Notes under the pieces: model-generated | Databases searched by the model: none | Seen by the model: only the letters and a program-made list of their open reading frames with translations | What the model was told of the DNA's origin: nothing | Made by a program: the position numbers and the translations under genes | Source: Treponema sp. | GTDB lineage: Bacteria; Spirochaetota; Spirochaetia; Treponematales; Treponemataceae | Assembly (NCBI GenBank): GCA_017962415.1 | Contig: JAGCVK010000009.1 | Location: 4,811-68,810 of the forward strand | DNA length: 64,000 nucleotides | Direction: 5' to 3' | Shown: piece by piece, positions 30,359-40,237 of the stretch | Layout of the letters: the number at the start of each line of letters is the position of its first letter | Numbering within the stretch: position 1 is the first letter of the stretch

Positions 30359-31258
30359 TTATAGTAAAAGCAATTGATAAAGCTGCTTTTTGTCAATCCT
30401 GATATTATGAATCAAAAGTTCGTTGTCGCCAATAATTTCATCATCTGAATTTGTAAGACCAAATGCAATGTTTAAGAGCGCGCGTCCGGCTTTTAGATAG
30501 GTTACGTTTTTGAATCTAAAACTTAAATCAAGCAAATATTGGCTGTCGAATTTTGGATCAGTTTTAAAACTTCCTTTTACGTCAATAAGTTTTAAATCAA
30601 GTTGTGTGCCAGTTAGAATTGTAAGAAAAGATTGCGGCTTATTTGCAAAAAATCTGATTTCAGTTTCGGCGCCTTTTAGATAAGCGATAAGTTCATCATC
30701 TAAATCTGTATAAAGCTCGTTTGCGTTGTCGTACGGAAGATTTACAAGCGAATCATATTTATCAAGCATTACATCAATATCGCGACCAATACAAGCGATT
30801 TTTGAAGAAGGAAAGCTCATATCAATATCGCCGCTGTAAACTTTATAAACAGAAATACTGTTTTTTGGAACATAATCCGAAATTTTCCAGCCGTTTTTGT
30901 TGTTCAAAATCTTTGGAAGAAAACTTCTTGGAATATTTCCGTCTATTGCAGCCTGAAGTTCAGTTCCATAGCGGGAACGATTCAAGCCGCAATAAATTTT
31001 ATTTATGTGGCCAGAAATTATTTTCGCATCTGATTCAGAAATATCTTCGCCAACGCTACAAATTATTCGTTCAATAAGAACTGAATCGGCAGCCTTTGGA
31101 ACTGCGAGATAAAAAGCACTATTGTTATCAATCAATTCCAAAGGATCAACCGGTCTTCCAGCAGGCGCAGATTTACAGCCCGCAAAAAGACTTGTAAAAC
31201 CGAGTAAAATTACAGAAATTGCAGCGGCTGAAAGCCGCCAGAACTTATGCTTTTTCAA
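30359..31258 (-). CDS. Putative lipoprotein
   Basis: TTG start after GGAG; signal peptide and lipobox KKHKFWRL...LFAGC. Confidence 0.75.
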   Translation of the reverse strand: MKKHKFWRLSAAAISVILLGFTSLFAGCKSAPAGRPVDPLELIDNNSAFYLAVPKAADSVLIERIICSVGEDISESDAKIISGHINKIYCGLNRSRYGTELQAAIDGNIPRSFLPKILNNKNGWKISDYVPKNSISVYKVYSGDIDMSFPSSKIACIGRDIDVMLDKYDSLVNLPYDNANELYTDLDDELIAYLKGAETEIRFFANKPQSFLTILTGTQLDLKLIDVKGSFKTDPKFDSQYLLDLSFRFKNVTYLKAGRALLNIAFGLTNSDDEIIGDNELLIHNIRIDKKQLYQLLLL

Positions 31259-34200
31259 CAGTAAAACTCCATTTTTTATCATCTGCTTCAACTTCAAAGG
31301 CGCATGAAAGTGAGGCATTCCATTCTACTTTTGAAGCAAGAGTTTCGTTTGCAATGTAATCTGCAAACATTTTGTATGCTGCTTCCAAATCTGCGTCTCC
31401 GCCAAGCACAAGGTTAATTCTGTCGGTTACATTGTAGCCGTTTTCCTTACGCTGATTCTGGATTCCGCGAATAAGGTCGCGAACATAGCCTTCTTTTTTG
31501 AGTTCGTCTGTGATTTTTGAATCAAGACCAACTGTAAGAGTTCCGTCATTCAAAACCTTAAGATCATCTTTTTCAAAGCGTTCAACAATTACTTTTGATT
31601 CATCAAGTTCAACAGCTTTTCCGTCTACATCAATAGAAAGTTTTGTGCCGTCAAGAATTGACTGAATCTGCTCGCTTGAAAGAGTCTGAATAATGCCGGC
31701 AGCCTGCTTCATAAGAGGGCCAAGCTCTTTTCCAAGCACTTTAAAGTTTGCCTTTGCCTTGTATTCAACAAGTTCGTCTTCGCGGTCGTGGAATTCAACC
31801 TTTTTAACGTTCAATTCTTCGGCAATAGTATCCTGCATTTCAGACAAAACTGATTTTTCGTTTGGATTGCGAGTTACAAGTGCAACGCTTGCAAGTGGCT
31901 GGCGGTTTTTAAGATTAAACTGATTTCGCAAGCTGTGTCCCATAGAAACTGCCTTCTGTACAGTTGCCATCTTGAACTCAAGTTCTTCGTTAATCCAAGC
32001 ATTGTTTGGTGCTGGATAGTTACAAAGGTGAACAGATTCTATGTCTTCACTTGTCTTAAGATTCTGATACATTTCTTCTGTAATAAACGGAACAAATGGC
32101 GCTGCAACAAGTGCAAGAGTCTTAAGCGCAATATAAAGAGATTCGTAAGCTTCTGCTTTGTCGCTGTCATTTTCTGATTTCCAGAAGCGGCGGCGGCTTC
32201 GGCGGATATACCAGTTGTTAAGCTCGTCAATAAATTTAACAATTGGATCAATAGAGCCAGACAAATCATAAGAATCCAAAGCTGCTGTAACTTCTTTAAT
32301 AAGATTCTGAGTAATAGACAAAAGCCATGCATCAAGCGGATTTGTCGGAGTTTTATTATCAAAAAGATGTCCGGTTGGTGTTACTTTATCAATATTTGCA
32401 TAAGTTACAAAGAATGAATAAGAGTTCCACCAAGGAATTATAATTGATTTAAGTACATCGCGCACCCCTTCGTCGCTATAGCGGATTTCATCTGCCTTAA
32501 CAACAGCTGAGTGCATAAGGAAAAGACGGATTGCGTCTGCGCCAAACTTGTTGATAGCTTCAACAGGGTCTGTGTAATTGCGCAGAGACTTAGACATTTT
32601 GCGTCCGTCGCTTGCAAGTACGATTCCGTTTACAATACAGTTTTCGAAAGCTGGCTTATCAAAAAGCTGAGCTGCAAGAACTGTAAGTGTATAGAACCAA
32701 CCGCGAGTCTGGTCAAGACCTTCAGAAATGAAGTTTGCAGGGAAGTTCTTTTCAAACTTTTCTTTATTTTCAAAAGGATAATGCTGCTGTGCATAAGGCA
32801 TAGAACCTGATTCAAACCAGCAGTCAAACACTTCTGGAATACGGCGCATTGTGCCCTTTCCGCATTTTGGACATTTGAAAGTAATTTTATCAACAAACTG
32901 CTTGTGCAAATCTTCTGGGTAAGTTCCGCTCAAATCTTTAAGTTCCTGGCGGCTTCCAACACATACAGTATGCTTACAATCAGGATCATCACAGCGCCAG
33001 ATAGGAATTGGGTTACCCCAGTAGCGGTTACGGCTTACAGCCCAGTCGCGCGCTCCTGCAAGCCACATACCAAAGCGGCCTTCTTTTATGTGGTTAGGCT
33101 GCCAGTTGATTTTGCTGTTAGCGCGGAGAAGAACGTCGTGATAATCAGCTACCTTAACGAACCAGCTTCCAATTCCGCGATAAATCAATGGAGAACCACA
33201 TCTCCAGCAATGTGGATATGAGTGAACTACAGAATCTCTCTTAACGAGTTTTCCTTCGTCCTTGAGACGCTTCATAATATCTTTATCAGCATCTTTTACA
33301 AAAATTCCCTGATAGTCTGGAACTTCTTTTGTGAACTTACATTCAGCATCAATTGGTTCAACGTTTGGAACACCTGAACCGCGGAATACCTTATTATCTT
33401 CTTCACCAAAGGCTGGAGCAATATGAACAATACCAGTACCGTCTTCTGTAGAAACGTACTCTGCATTGAACATTCGGAAAGCACCCTTTTCGCACTTCTG
33501 TCCGCTCATTTCTTCGCAAACTTTTGGATCTTTTAGATTTGCAAAATATGGGAACAGCGGCTCATACTCAGCACCAATAAAATCTTTACCTTTATGGCGA
33601 TAGATGATTTCGTAAGCAGCTTCATCTTTGTAATATGCAGAAAGACGAGCTTCTGCAAAAATATAGAAGTCTCCGCTTTCTTTATCCAAAATCTTTACAT
33701 AATCAATTTCAGGCCCCATACATAGTCCAAGGTTTGAAGGCAAGGTCCAAGGAGTTGTTGTCCAGGCAAGGAAGTAAGTTTTTCCGTTTGCCATATCAGG
33801 ATCATTTACACCTTCTGGAGCCTTAGTAATCTTAAAGCGTACAGTTACAGTCTGATCCTGAACATCTTTATAGCCCTGTGCAAGTTCATGTGTTGAAAGT
33901 ACAGTAGAACAGCGTGGACAATATGGAAGAATATATTTACCTTCGTAAATCAAACCTTTGTCCCAAAGTGATTTTGCAACCCACCAGATAGATTCCATAA
34001 ACTCAGGATTCATAGTCTTGTAGTCGTTATCAAAATCAACCCAGCGTCCCATACGAGTGATTGTTTTGCGCCATTCTGAAGTATATTTAAGAACGGAAGC
34101 CTGGCAAGCTTCGTTAAACTTGTCGATTCCGTAATGTTCAATTTCGTGTTTAGAGTTTAAGCCAAGCTCTTTTTCAATCAGATTTTCAACAGGAAGACCG

Positions 34201-34466
34201 TGGCAGTCCCAACCAAAGCGACGCTCAACACGTTTTCCTTTCATTGTCTGATAGCGTGGAATAATATCTTTAATTGTAGATGGAATAAAGTGTCCGAAGT
34301 GTGGAAGGCCTGTAGCAAACGGAGGACCATCATAAAAAACAAAATCCTCTGCCCCTTCTCTCTGGCTAACTGACTTTTTAAAGATGTCGTTATCCTGCCA
34401 GAATTTCAATACTGATTCTTCCTGTTTTGGAAAATCAACTTTTGGATCAACCGGTTTAAAGCTCAT
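31245..34466 (-). CDS. ileS: Isoleucyl-tRNA synthetase (type 2)
   Basis: DGPPFATGLPHFGH, WTTTPWTLP and KMSKS; long C-terminus without a Zn finger. Confidence 0.98.
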   Translation of the reverse strand: MSFKPVDPKVDFPKQEESVLKFWQDNDIFKKSVSQREGAEDFVFYDGPPFATGLPHFGHFIPSTIKDIIPRYQTMKGKRVERRFGWDCHGLPVENLIEKELGLNSKHEIEHYGIDKFNEACQASVLKYTSEWRKTITRMGRWVDFDNDYKTMNPEFMESIWWVAKSLWDKGLIYEGKYILPYCPRCSTVLSTHELAQGYKDVQDQTVTVRFKITKAPEGVNDPDMANGKTYFLAWTTTPWTLPSNLGLCMGPEIDYVKILDKESGDFYIFAEARLSAYYKDEAAYEIIYRHKGKDFIGAEYEPLFPYFANLKDPKVCEEMSGQKCEKGAFRMFNAEYVSTEDGTGIVHIAPAFGEEDNKVFRGSGVPNVEPIDAECKFTKEVPDYQGIFVKDADKDIMKRLKDEGKLVKRDSVVHSYPHCWRCGSPLIYRGIGSWFVKVADYHDVLLRANSKINWQPNHIKEGRFGMWLAGARDWAVSRNRYWGNPIPIWRCDDPDCKHTVCVGSRQELKDLSGTYPEDLHKQFVDKITFKCPKCGKGTMRRIPEVFDCWFESGSMPYAQQHYPFENKEKFEKNFPANFISEGLDQTRGWFYTLTVLAAQLFDKPAFENCIVNGIVLASDGRKMSKSLRNYTDPVEAINKFGADAIRLFLMHSAVVKADEIRYSDEGVRDVLKSIIIPWWNSYSFFVTYANIDKVTPTGHLFDNKTPTNPLDAWLLSITQNLIKEVTAALDSYDLSGSIDPIVKFIDELNNWYIRRSRRRFWKSENDSDKAEAYESLYIALKTLALVAAPFVPFITEEMYQNLKTSEDIESVHLCNYPAPNNAWINEELEFKMATVQKAVSMGHSLRNQFNLKNRQPLASVALVTRNPNEKSVLSEMQDTIAEELNVKKVEFHDREDELVEYKAKANFKVLGKELGPLMKQAAGIIQTLSSEQIQSILDGTKLSIDVDGKAVELDESKVIVERFEKDDLKVLNDGTLTVGLDSKITDELKKEGYVRDLIRGIQNQRKENGYNVTDRINLVLGGDADLEAAYKMFADYIANETLASKVEWNASLSCAFEVEADDKKWSFTVEKA

Positions 34467-34582
34467 TAAAGTATCCTCTAAAAATTTATAATCTTCTTAT
34501 TATGACACAAAACGTTATTTTATTCTATATGTGCACGAAAAACGTTAAAAATAACGACTGTAACAGCATATTACAGAAAAGA

Positions 34583-34611
34583 TTGACTAATCAGATTTTA
34601 TCAAATAGAAT
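34583..34611 (+). promoter_or_regulatory. Sigma-70 promoter of the GT8 operon (near-leaderless)
   Basis: TTGACT-17-TAGAAT, ending 9 nt before the ATG, with no SD. Confidence 0.65.
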
Positions 34612-34620
34612 TATATAGTT

Positions 34621-35652
34621 ATGGACAAGAAAAAATATAAACAGGAAATACCTATCTGCTTTGCAACGGACGATAATTATGTTCCATTTTTAGCAGTAGC
34701 ACTTGCATCACTTTTTGATAATGCATCAAAAGAAAACTTTTACAAAGTATTTGTTCTGACATCTCATTTGACAGAAGAAAATATGAACAGCATTAAAAAA
34801 CAAGCTGTAGAAAATTCTTCAATTGAGTTTGTTCAGCTTTCTAAAGAACTTGATAAAGTTCAAAATATGTTCCACCTGCGCGACTATTATTCAAAGGAAA
34901 CATATTACAGAATCTTTATTCCAAATCTTTTTCCACAATACCAAAAAGTTCTTTATCTTGATTGCGACATTACAGTTTTAGCTGATGTTAGCGAACTTTA
35001 TAATACACAAATTCACGGCTATTACGTTGCTGCAGCTCAAGAAGAAGTTATGCAGACTTTTGATGTATTTGGAAATTACGTTGAACAGGCGGACGGAATT
35101 AATAGAAAAGAATATTTCAATGCTGGTATTCTTCTTATAAATTGCCGCCGCTGGAGAAACAAACTTATTGCAGAGCGCTTTGTGGATCTTTTGAACCGCT
35201 ATAAATTCCGCGTTGTTCAAGATGAAGATTATCTGAACGTTCTTTGCAAAACCAACGTAAAAAAGATTTCTCTTGGCTGGAATAAAACATCATACAAAAA
35301 TGATGATTTTGATGACAAAGATTTAAAGATTATCCATTGGAAAATCAACTGGCGCCCTTGGAAATACAAAGATGTTCTTTACGAAGAATATTTCTGGAAG
35401 TACGCAAAAATGACCGACTTTTACGACAAGTTGATTCAAATGCGCGATTCAAGAACCGACGAAGATAAAAAGAAAGATGAACTTCTTATGGAAAATCTTT
35501 CGAGAATGGCTCAGGAAGATGCTGATGATCCAAATAACTATTACAGAACTGGCGGTAAAAAAGGCTTGTTCGGAAGCATTTTCACAACCATTTTGACAAT
35601 CATAAAATTCAGAAAAATTATTAATGCAACAATTTTCAGGCGGAAAAAATGA
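34621..35652 (+). CDS. Glycosyltransferase family 8
   Basis: FATDDNY, TYYRIFIP, LYLDCD (DxD), YFNAGILLIN and QDEDYLN. Confidence 0.93.
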   Translation: MDKKKYKQEIPICFATDDNYVPFLAVALASLFDNASKENFYKVFVLTSHLTEENMNSIKKQAVENSSIEFVQLSKELDKVQNMFHLRDYYSKETYYRIFIPNLFPQYQKVLYLDCDITVLADVSELYNTQIHGYYVAAAQEEVMQTFDVFGNYVEQADGINRKEYFNAGILLINCRRWRNKLIAERFVDLLNRYKFRVVQDEDYLNVLCKTNVKKISLGWNKTSYKNDDFDDKDLKIIHWKINWRPWKYKDVLYEEYFWKYAKMTDFYDKLIQMRDSRTDEDKKKDELLMENLSRMAQEDADDPNNYYRTGGKKGLFGSIFTTILTIIKFRKIINATIFRRKK

Positions 35653-36497
35653 TTGAAAAAGATAAGGGCAGACTCGAAGTTCTTGCCCGAATTGAAGAAT
35701 TTGAAAAAAAAGGCTGGTTTTCAAAAGATGTTGAAGAGGATCCTCCAACAATTCCTTTAACTCCAGATAAAGTTGATTATCTCAATAAAAAGTTTAAAAA
35801 TAAACTTGCAACTTTCTTTGTAAACATTGGCGCAAAGCATTTTATAAAAAAACTTGTTACAAGCGGCCAGCTGATTATCAAAGACATTCGCGGAATTGAA
35901 AACTATGAAGCGGTAAAAGATTTGGGTGTAATTATCACTTGTAATCATTTTAACCCTTTTGATAGCTTTGCAATTCATTATGCTCTTTTTCCATATATGT
36001 ATAACGGAAGCGGTAATGTTCTTTACAAAGTTATTCGCGAAGGAAATTACACAAACTTTCCAGGTCTTTACGGATTTTTCTTTAGACATTGCAACACTTT
36101 GCCATTGAGCTCAAACTTTTCTACAATGAAGAAATTTATGGAATCAATGAAAGTTTTGCTCAAACGCGGAGAAAAAATTCTCGTTTATGCAGAACAGGGA
36201 ATGTGGTGGAATTACAGAAAACCTCGCCCGCTTACAGCTGGAGCTTTTAAGTTTGCCGCTGAAAGCAAAGTGCCAGTTCTTCCAATTTTTATCACAATGA
36301 ATGATTCAGACAAAATCGGAGCAGACGGATTTCCTATGCAGGAATACACGCTGCATTTTCTGAAACCGATTTATCCAGATGAATCAAAAAACACAAAAGA
36401 AAATATGGAATATTTAAAAGACAAGAATTATGAAATGTGGAAAGAAGTCTATGAAAAAGTATATGGAATTCCACTCACCTATTCTTGCGACAACTAA
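35649..36497 (+). CDS. PlsC-like lysophospholipid acyltransferase
   Basis: NHFNPFD (HxxxxD), YAEQG and GAFKFA...VPVLPI. Confidence 0.9.
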   Translation: MIEKDKGRLEVLARIEEFEKKGWFSKDVEEDPPTIPLTPDKVDYLNKKFKNKLATFFVNIGAKHFIKKLVTSGQLIIKDIRGIENYEAVKDLGVIITCNHFNPFDSFAIHYALFPYMYNGSGNVLYKVIREGNYTNFPGLYGFFFRHCNTLPLSSNFSTMKKFMESMKVLLKRGEKILVYAEQGMWWNYRKPRPLTAGAFKFAAESKVPVLPIFITMNDSDKIGADGFPMQEYTLHFLKPIYPDESKNTKENMEYLKDKNYEMWKEVYEKVYGIPLTYSCDN

Positions 36498-36505
36498 GAG
36501 GAATT

Positions 36506-37114
36506 ATGCTGCTTTATATTTTTGCCATTGGATTTACAATGGTTTTAGTTTTTTGCGGAAACTTTTTTTGGTTTCCAATTGAAATGTCATTGTTAAAAGT
36601 TTCGCTGCTTACATTTATGCTTCCATTTTTAATTGTTGCCTGGGACGGAATTTTTGCAACAATTATCCGCCATGCTTTACCGGCAAAATGGTTTTCTAAA
36701 GATTTAAAGATTAATCAGGTAAGTAAAGGCGAATGTAAGTTTTATGAATTGCTTGGAATAAAATATTGGAAAGATCACGTTTTGGAACTTGGAATGTTCA
36801 CAAGTTTCAGCAAGAAAAAAGTTGCAGATCATAACGATCCGGCTTACGTTGAGCGATTCATTTTGGAATGCAATTACGGCGTTGCAGTTCATCTTTGGAA
36901 TCTGATTTTAGGATTTCCATTAATGCTGTTTTTTCCGGATTATATCGCAATTCGTTTTATTTTGCCGGCTGTTATTGCAAATTCAGTTTTAAGTCTTTTA
37001 CCGCTTATGATTTTGCGCTATAACATTCCGCGCCTTGAGCGGCTTTTGGCTGTATTAAAGAAAAAAGCAGAACGTGCAGAAAAATCAGCTGCAAAAACTT
37101 CTGCAAATTCGTAA
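36506..37114 (+). CDS. CrtO-like membrane acyltransferase family protein
   Basis: The pattern LGIKYWKD...ERFILE...HLW...N...RYNIPRL resembles glycosyl-4,4'-diaponeurosporenoate acyltransferase. GAGG RBS precedes the ATG at 36506. Confidence 0.65.
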   Translation: MLLYIFAIGFTMVLVFCGNFFWFPIEMSLLKVSLLTFMLPFLIVAWDGIFATIIRHALPAKWFSKDLKINQVSKGECKFYELLGIKYWKDHVLELGMFTSFSKKKVADHNDPAYVERFILECNYGVAVHLWNLILGFPLMLFFPDYIAIRFILPAVIANSVLSLLPLMILRYNIPRLERLLAVLKKKAERAEKSAAKTSANS

Positions 37115-37118
37115 AAAT

Positions 37119-38138
37119 TTAATGACCGGCGCGCGGCCCAAACTCTTTTTGTCGGGCTCGCACCTGTTGAATAATCTGATTATTCTGTTCTAGTAAATCA
37201 ATTAAATCCCAATGCCAGTCTAAATCCGAAGGCGGAAAAAGCGCTGGCGGATCTGGCTTTCTGCGGGAATTAGCCTGTTTTACAATTTCAATAAGCAGTT
37301 CAAAAGTGTCTTTGCCGGCAAGGCGCTTTAAGTACGGCTCTTCATTTTTTGTAAAAACTGTTTTTTCATCATTAAAAATAAAATCTTCTTCTTTATAATC
37401 AAATGGCTTTACTGTATTCCGAACATTTTTACTTCGGCCAGAAACACAACTGTAATTTGCATTGCAGCTTGTTAAATGTTTTGGAATTTGAAATGAATCA
37501 TCTTTGTACGAAAAATTTATATAATCAGTTGAATAATCCATATCAGTTTGCCAGTAACGAACATCATAAAGTTTTTGTCCGGAAATAATATAGCCGGTAA
37601 TGTCTTTTGGAAGAGCCTGCGGGCTAATCATAAAACCTTTTGAAGGAGCAACTCCACGATAAAACTTGTATGAAACATTTTGATTTTCAGATGATTCAAC
37701 GCTTCCTTTTTCTTCGGTGATTTTTCGTTCATCAAGCACAAAGTATTTTAGAAAGATTTTATCATCAAGCATAAAAAAAGGAATTGTATTTTTATCGCGC
37801 CGTGAATAAAAAAGCTCCAGCGAGCCGTAAAGTGAATTTGCAGTTTCTTTTGTATCAATATTTTGAATATAAATGTGTTCGGCGTTGCGCGGAGTTGGAA
37901 TGTTTCGTGTTCGGTTTTCTTTTTGTGAATATTTTTCAGGCTCAGCAGCGCGGTCTAAATACCAGCCGTAATATTCTTTTAGAACAACCACAAGTTCAGG
38001 CTGCTCATCATCATTTTGCTCAAAAAAAACATAACGGTCTTTTGCTTCCCAAATTCCAAGAAGTTTTTGCGGAATAATCTGACAAAATAAAGACTCAACT
38101 AAAAAAATCACAATTAAAAATAAAAAAGGCTTTTTCAC
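37119..38138 (-). CDS. Exported hypothetical protein
   Basis: 339 aa with signal peptide MKKPFLFLIVIFLVESLFC. Confidence 0.75.
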   Translation of the reverse strand: MKKPFLFLIVIFLVESLFCQIIPQKLLGIWEAKDRYVFFEQNDDEQPELVVVLKEYYGWYLDRAAEPEKYSQKENRTRNIPTPRNAEHIYIQNIDTKETANSLYGSLELFYSRRDKNTIPFFMLDDKIFLKYFVLDERKITEEKGSVESSENQNVSYKFYRGVAPSKGFMISPQALPKDITGYIISGQKLYDVRYWQTDMDYSTDYINFSYKDDSFQIPKHLTSCNANYSCVSGRSKNVRNTVKPFDYKEEDFIFNDEKTVFTKNEEPYLKRLAGKDTFELLIEIVKQANSRRKPDPPALFPPSDLDWHWDLIDLLEQNNQIIQQVRARQKEFGPRAGH

Positions 38139-38145
38139 TTTTTGA

Positions 38146-38173
38146 TTATCGGAACAAGAATAAAGCCACTTTA
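38146..38173 (-). promoter_or_regulatory. Putative sigma-28 promoter
   Basis: TAAA-16nt-TCCGATAA on the minus strand, ending 7 nt before the GTG at 38138. Confidence 0.45.
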
Positions 38174-38198
38174 AAACTTCGGGATTTCTGATTATAAT
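38170..38198 (+). promoter_or_regulatory. Sigma-70 promoter of thiI (leaderless)
   Basis: TTTAAA-17-TATAAT, ending 6 nt before the ATG, with no SD. Confidence 0.6.
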
Positions 38199-38204
38199 GA
38201 TTCT

Positions 38205-39389
38205 ATGACTTATTTAGCAAAAATTGGTGAGCTTACTTTAAAAGGCTCGAATATTCAGGAATTTGAAAATCTTTTAAAACATAATACTGCAAAATATCTT
38301 GAAGGCACAGACGCAAAAATTGCACTTAGAGCAGGCCGACTTTACATTGACTGCGAAGATAACAATACTCAAGCCGCAGAAAAAATTGAATTTACATTAA
38401 ATCATCTTATTGGAATTACCGGCTGGGCAAAAGCTACAGTTTGCGAAAAAACAATTGAAGATATAAGCCGCGCCGTTTTTGAAATTGCAAAAACTGAAGC
38501 TGAACGCGGTTGCAAAACTTTTAAAATTGACGCTCGCCGCGCCGACAAAAGTTTTCCGCTCAATTCATATCAGATTTGCTGCGAAGCTGCCGGCGACGTT
38601 GAATCTATTATGAAAGTTGATGTTCACAATCCTGACACTATTATTTATGTTGAAGTTCGTGAACGTTGTTTTGTTTATACTGAATCAAATCAAGGTTGCA
38701 GAGGGCTTCCGGTTGGCTGCAGCGGCAAAGGACTTTTACTTTTGAGCGGCGGACTTGATTCGCCAGTTGCAGGCTACAGAATGCTTAGACGCGGAATGAA
38801 AATTGAATGCTGCTATTTTCATTCTTATCCGTACACTTCTGAAGAAGCAAAGCAGAAAGTTGTTACTTTGGCGCAAAAACTTGCTTATTACGGAATCCAA
38901 ACATATTTGAACGTAATTCCATTTACGGAAGTTCAGATGAAAATCAAAGAAAAAGCTCCAGAAGCCTGGAGTACACTTATGCTTCGCGTTTGTATGATGA
39001 AACTTGCAAACCGCCTTGCTCACCGCTGTAACGCAAAATGCATTATCACCGGCGAAAGCGTTGGCCAGGTTGCAAGCCAGACAATCGAAAATATGACAGT
39101 TACCGAACATTTTGCAGAGCTGCCGCTTCTCCGCCCGCTTTGTGGAATGGACAAAGAAGAAATTATAAAAGATTCATATTTTATTGATACTTATGAAACT
39201 TCAATTTTGCCATATGAAGATTGCTGCGTTTTATTCAGTCCGCGCCACCCGGTTTTAAGAGGAACTGCAGAACAGGCACAAGAGATTTACAACTCGCTTG
39301 AAGTTGATGATTTAATTGAAAAATCATATAAAGAGCGAGAAATCATAAAATTAACTGTAAACGGCGAGCCGGTAAAGAAAACTGAGTAA
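38205..39389 (+). CDS. thiI: tRNA 4-thiouridine synthase ThiI (no rhodanese domain)
   Basis: GELTLKG, THUMP domain, SGGLDSPVA and PYEDCC. Confidence 0.96.
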   Translation: MTYLAKIGELTLKGSNIQEFENLLKHNTAKYLEGTDAKIALRAGRLYIDCEDNNTQAAEKIEFTLNHLIGITGWAKATVCEKTIEDISRAVFEIAKTEAERGCKTFKIDARRADKSFPLNSYQICCEAAGDVESIMKVDVHNPDTIIYVEVRERCFVYTESNQGCRGLPVGCSGKGLLLLSGGLDSPVAGYRMLRRGMKIECCYFHSYPYTSEEAKQKVVTLAQKLAYYGIQTYLNVIPFTEVQMKIKEKAPEAWSTLMLRVCMMKLANRLAHRCNAKCIITGESVGQVASQTIENMTVTEHFAELPLLRPLCGMDKEEIIKDSYFIDTYETSILPYEDCCVLFSPRHPVLRGTAEQAQEIYNSLEVDDLIEKSYKEREIIKLTVNGEPVKKTE

Positions 39390-39418
39390 GCCTGCTATAA
39401 AAAATCTTTTAAAAAACT

Positions 39419-40225
39419 ATGAAAGCTAAAGATAAACAAATTATTTATAACCTTCTCAAAACGGCAGATGCTTACGAATACGGCTATATTCGCCAAAAAT
39501 TTACAGTTGAACCTGATTTTTTAGATGATGTAACTGAAAGTCAAACTGCTTCGGCCGATTTTTCAGTTCAACAAAATCAGCAAAACCTGCAAAATCAGCA
39601 AGTTCAGCAAACAGCGAAAACAGAACAAACTGAAGAAACTAACAGTTCAGATTCACACGGAATTACAATCGAAGAACTTAATGCAAAGATTCTTCGCTGC
39701 ACACGCTGCGGACTTGCCAGAACCCGCAACAACGTAGTTCCTGGAATGGGCGTTTTAAATCCAGATGTGCTTGTAATTGGCGAAGGACCTGGCCACGACG
39801 AAGATATTCAGGGACTTCCGTTTGTAGGAAAGGCCGGCATTCTTTTGGACAGAATGCTTGCAGCAATTGGCCTTGACCGAAAAACTAACTGTTACATTGC
39901 AAACATCGTAAAATGCCGGCCGCCGGAAAACCGCAATCCACTTCCAGACGAACAAGCTTCCTGCTTTAGTTTTCTCGAAGCGCAGATTCATATTTTAAAG
40001 CCAAAAATGATTTTGTGCATGGGAAAAATTGCAATTGAAAAAATCACAAATCAGAGCATTTCTATAAATGCTCAGCACGGAGATTTTTTTGATTACGACG
40101 GAATTCCAGTTATGCCAACCTATCACCCAAGTGCACTTCTTAGAAATGAACAGCTCAAACGTCCAGCTTGGGACGACCTCAAAAAATTTAAAAAGCGGCT
40201 CGACGAAATCAACTCCAATTATTAA
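39419..40225 (+). CDS. Uracil-DNA glycosylase family 4
   Basis: CTRC, GEGPG, PFVGKAG, KCRPPENR and YHPSALLR. Confidence 0.93.
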   Translation: MKAKDKQIIYNLLKTADAYEYGYIRQKFTVEPDFLDDVTESQTASADFSVQQNQQNLQNQQVQQTAKTEQTEETNSSDSHGITIEELNAKILRCTRCGLARTRNNVVPGMGVLNPDVLVIGEGPGHDEDIQGLPFVGKAGILLDRMLAAIGLDRKTNCYIANIVKCRPPENRNPLPDEQASCFSFLEAQIHILKPKMILCMGKIAIEKITNQSISINAQHGDFFDYDGIPVMPTYHPSALLRNEQLKRPAWDDLKKFKKRLDEINSNY

Positions 40226-40237
40226 TGGCAGGTTTTA

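Noticed and set aside
34467-34620. T-box leader for ileS
   Set aside because: The spacer is only about 150 bp, is shared with a divergent promoter, and has no GGTGGNACC T-box or terminator.
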